44,481 nt of DNA from a virus (Duplodnaviria > Caudoviricetes), in IMG/VR virus record IMGVR_UViG_3300037780_000052, positions 1-44,481 of that record; one strand, 5' to 3'. The notes beneath the pieces were generated by a model that was not told where the DNA came from, did not search any database, and was given only the letters and a program-made list of their open reading frames with translations. Position numbers and translations under genes: made by a program. Positions 43,865 to 44,481 of the stretch are shown here, piece after piece; the first letter of the stretch is position 1, and every line of letters starts with the position of its first letter.

Positions 43865-44481
43865 TTACTTTGCGCGAGTGCTTACTTTGTTAAGTGTGCT
43901 AGTTGCGCTCTTGTCAGCAGTGTCTGGCTTACCTTTCTTTTCGGCGCCATGTCCTGGCTCAGACTTTTTAAATGCAGTCTTGCCAGCTTTACCTCCTGGG
44001 ACATTAATATTTTTTGTACTCATGTCTTTTGGAGATTGGTTTGAAAGTGACGAGCCTTTTAGCTTTCCTTTGTTAGCTTCAACACCTTGCTCAGTATCAG
44101 TACGCAGAATGTTTTGGCTGGTTCCGCCCATATCATTTTTACCTGCTACTGCGCTTTTAGTGTTTGCGCCGTTGTCGCCCATTTTACCGTATTGGTTGTA
44201 CTGTGCGCCGCCAACTTTTTCTACGTATTCACGCATTTCTTCGCCAGCAGTTTTTTTAGCTTTTTTGTCATCTTTCTTCATCTTTTTTGATTCATAAGCA
44301 AAAGACTCTTTCGACTCTTCGTCATTATCCATGTCCATGTCATCGTCATCCATGTCATCATCATCCATGTCGCCATCATCCATGTCCATGTCGTCATCAT
44401 CCATGTCCATGTCATCGTCGCCCATGTCCATGTCATCGTCTGACATTAATGCTTCAAATTCTGCTTTTAGATCTTCAATTG
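43865..44481 (-). CDS. Acidic prohead core-like protein (5'-partial; frame open to window end)
   Basis: Frame continues upstream of the ORF-track start as ...IEDLKAEFEALMSDDDMDM...; D/M-rich tract, MREY site and basic low-complexity tail; directly upstream of gp21. Confidence 0.7.
   Translation of the reverse strand, partial: IEDLKAEFEALMSDDDMDMGDDDMDMDDDDMDMDDGDMDDDDMDDDDMDMDNDEESKESFAYESKKMKKDDKKAKKTAGEEMREYVEKVGGAQYNQYGKMGDNGANTKSAVAGKNDMGGTSQNILRTDTEQGVEANKGKLKGSSLSNQSPKDMSTKNINVPGGKAGKTAFKKSEPGHGAEKKGKPDTADKSATSTLNKVSTRAK
44325..44446 (-). repeat. In-frame low-complexity tandem repeat encoding (D)2-4-M / DDDMDM units
   Basis: Repeated gtccat/gtcatc/gtcgtc units such as catccatgtccatgtc; translation MSDDDMDMGDDDMDMDDDDMDMDDGDMDDDDMDDDDMDMDN. 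Confidence 0.9.

Noticed and set aside
1784-43867. Possible stop-codon reassignment: none of the 32 complete genes I accepted ends in TAG (27 TAA, 5 TGA by my count)
   Set aside because: All genes are full length under the standard code with no in-frame TAG interruptions, and TAG is rare in AT-rich phages anyway; no suppressor tRNA in the window.
1983-44297. Numerous 60-175 aa ORFs antisense or out of frame within large genes (e.g. 3418-3858, 12342-12740, 23721-24092, 42743-43153, 43773-44297)
   Set aside because: Fully nested in well-supported genes, with composition typical of reverse-frame translation and no promoter or RBS support.

Overview
A 44.5-kb, AT-rich, gene-dense segment of a large myovirus (Caudoviricetes) distantly related to T4. 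It is almost entirely the late virion morphogenesis region. Read on the minus strand from the right end, it holds a partial acidic prohead-core-like gene, prohead protease (gp21), scaffold (gp22) and major capsid protein (gp23). Next comes a ~23-kb block of paralogous fibre/appendage genes with CBM5/12-like repeats, beta-helix, LamG and Asp-box domains and a family of ~110-aa small proteins. A short plus-strand operon (gp14, gp15, NUDIX, cupin) is divergent from gp13. After gp13 come dNMP kinase, tail sheath, tail tube, a tube-like baseplate protein, head-completion nuclease, putative small terminase, two probable internal head proteins, large terminase and a long ORF running off the left end. 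No tRNA, CRISPR array, integrase, intron or intein was seen. The most interesting signals are: (1) two GC-rich structured 5' leaders behind late promoters, one with a pseudoknot-capable stem and an anti-Shine-Dalgarno switch; (2) a repeated 'long fibre with hydrophobic tail, then ~110-aa connector' architecture, with one connector fold apparently split by an ~830-aa insert; (3) an ATC start codon for gp14; (4) several apparently leaderless transcripts; (5) a 37-bp perfect identity island between two otherwise diverged fibre paralogs; (6) head proteins built from modules bracketed by protease-type sites. All product calls come from motif recognition and recall of protein families; no database search was run.
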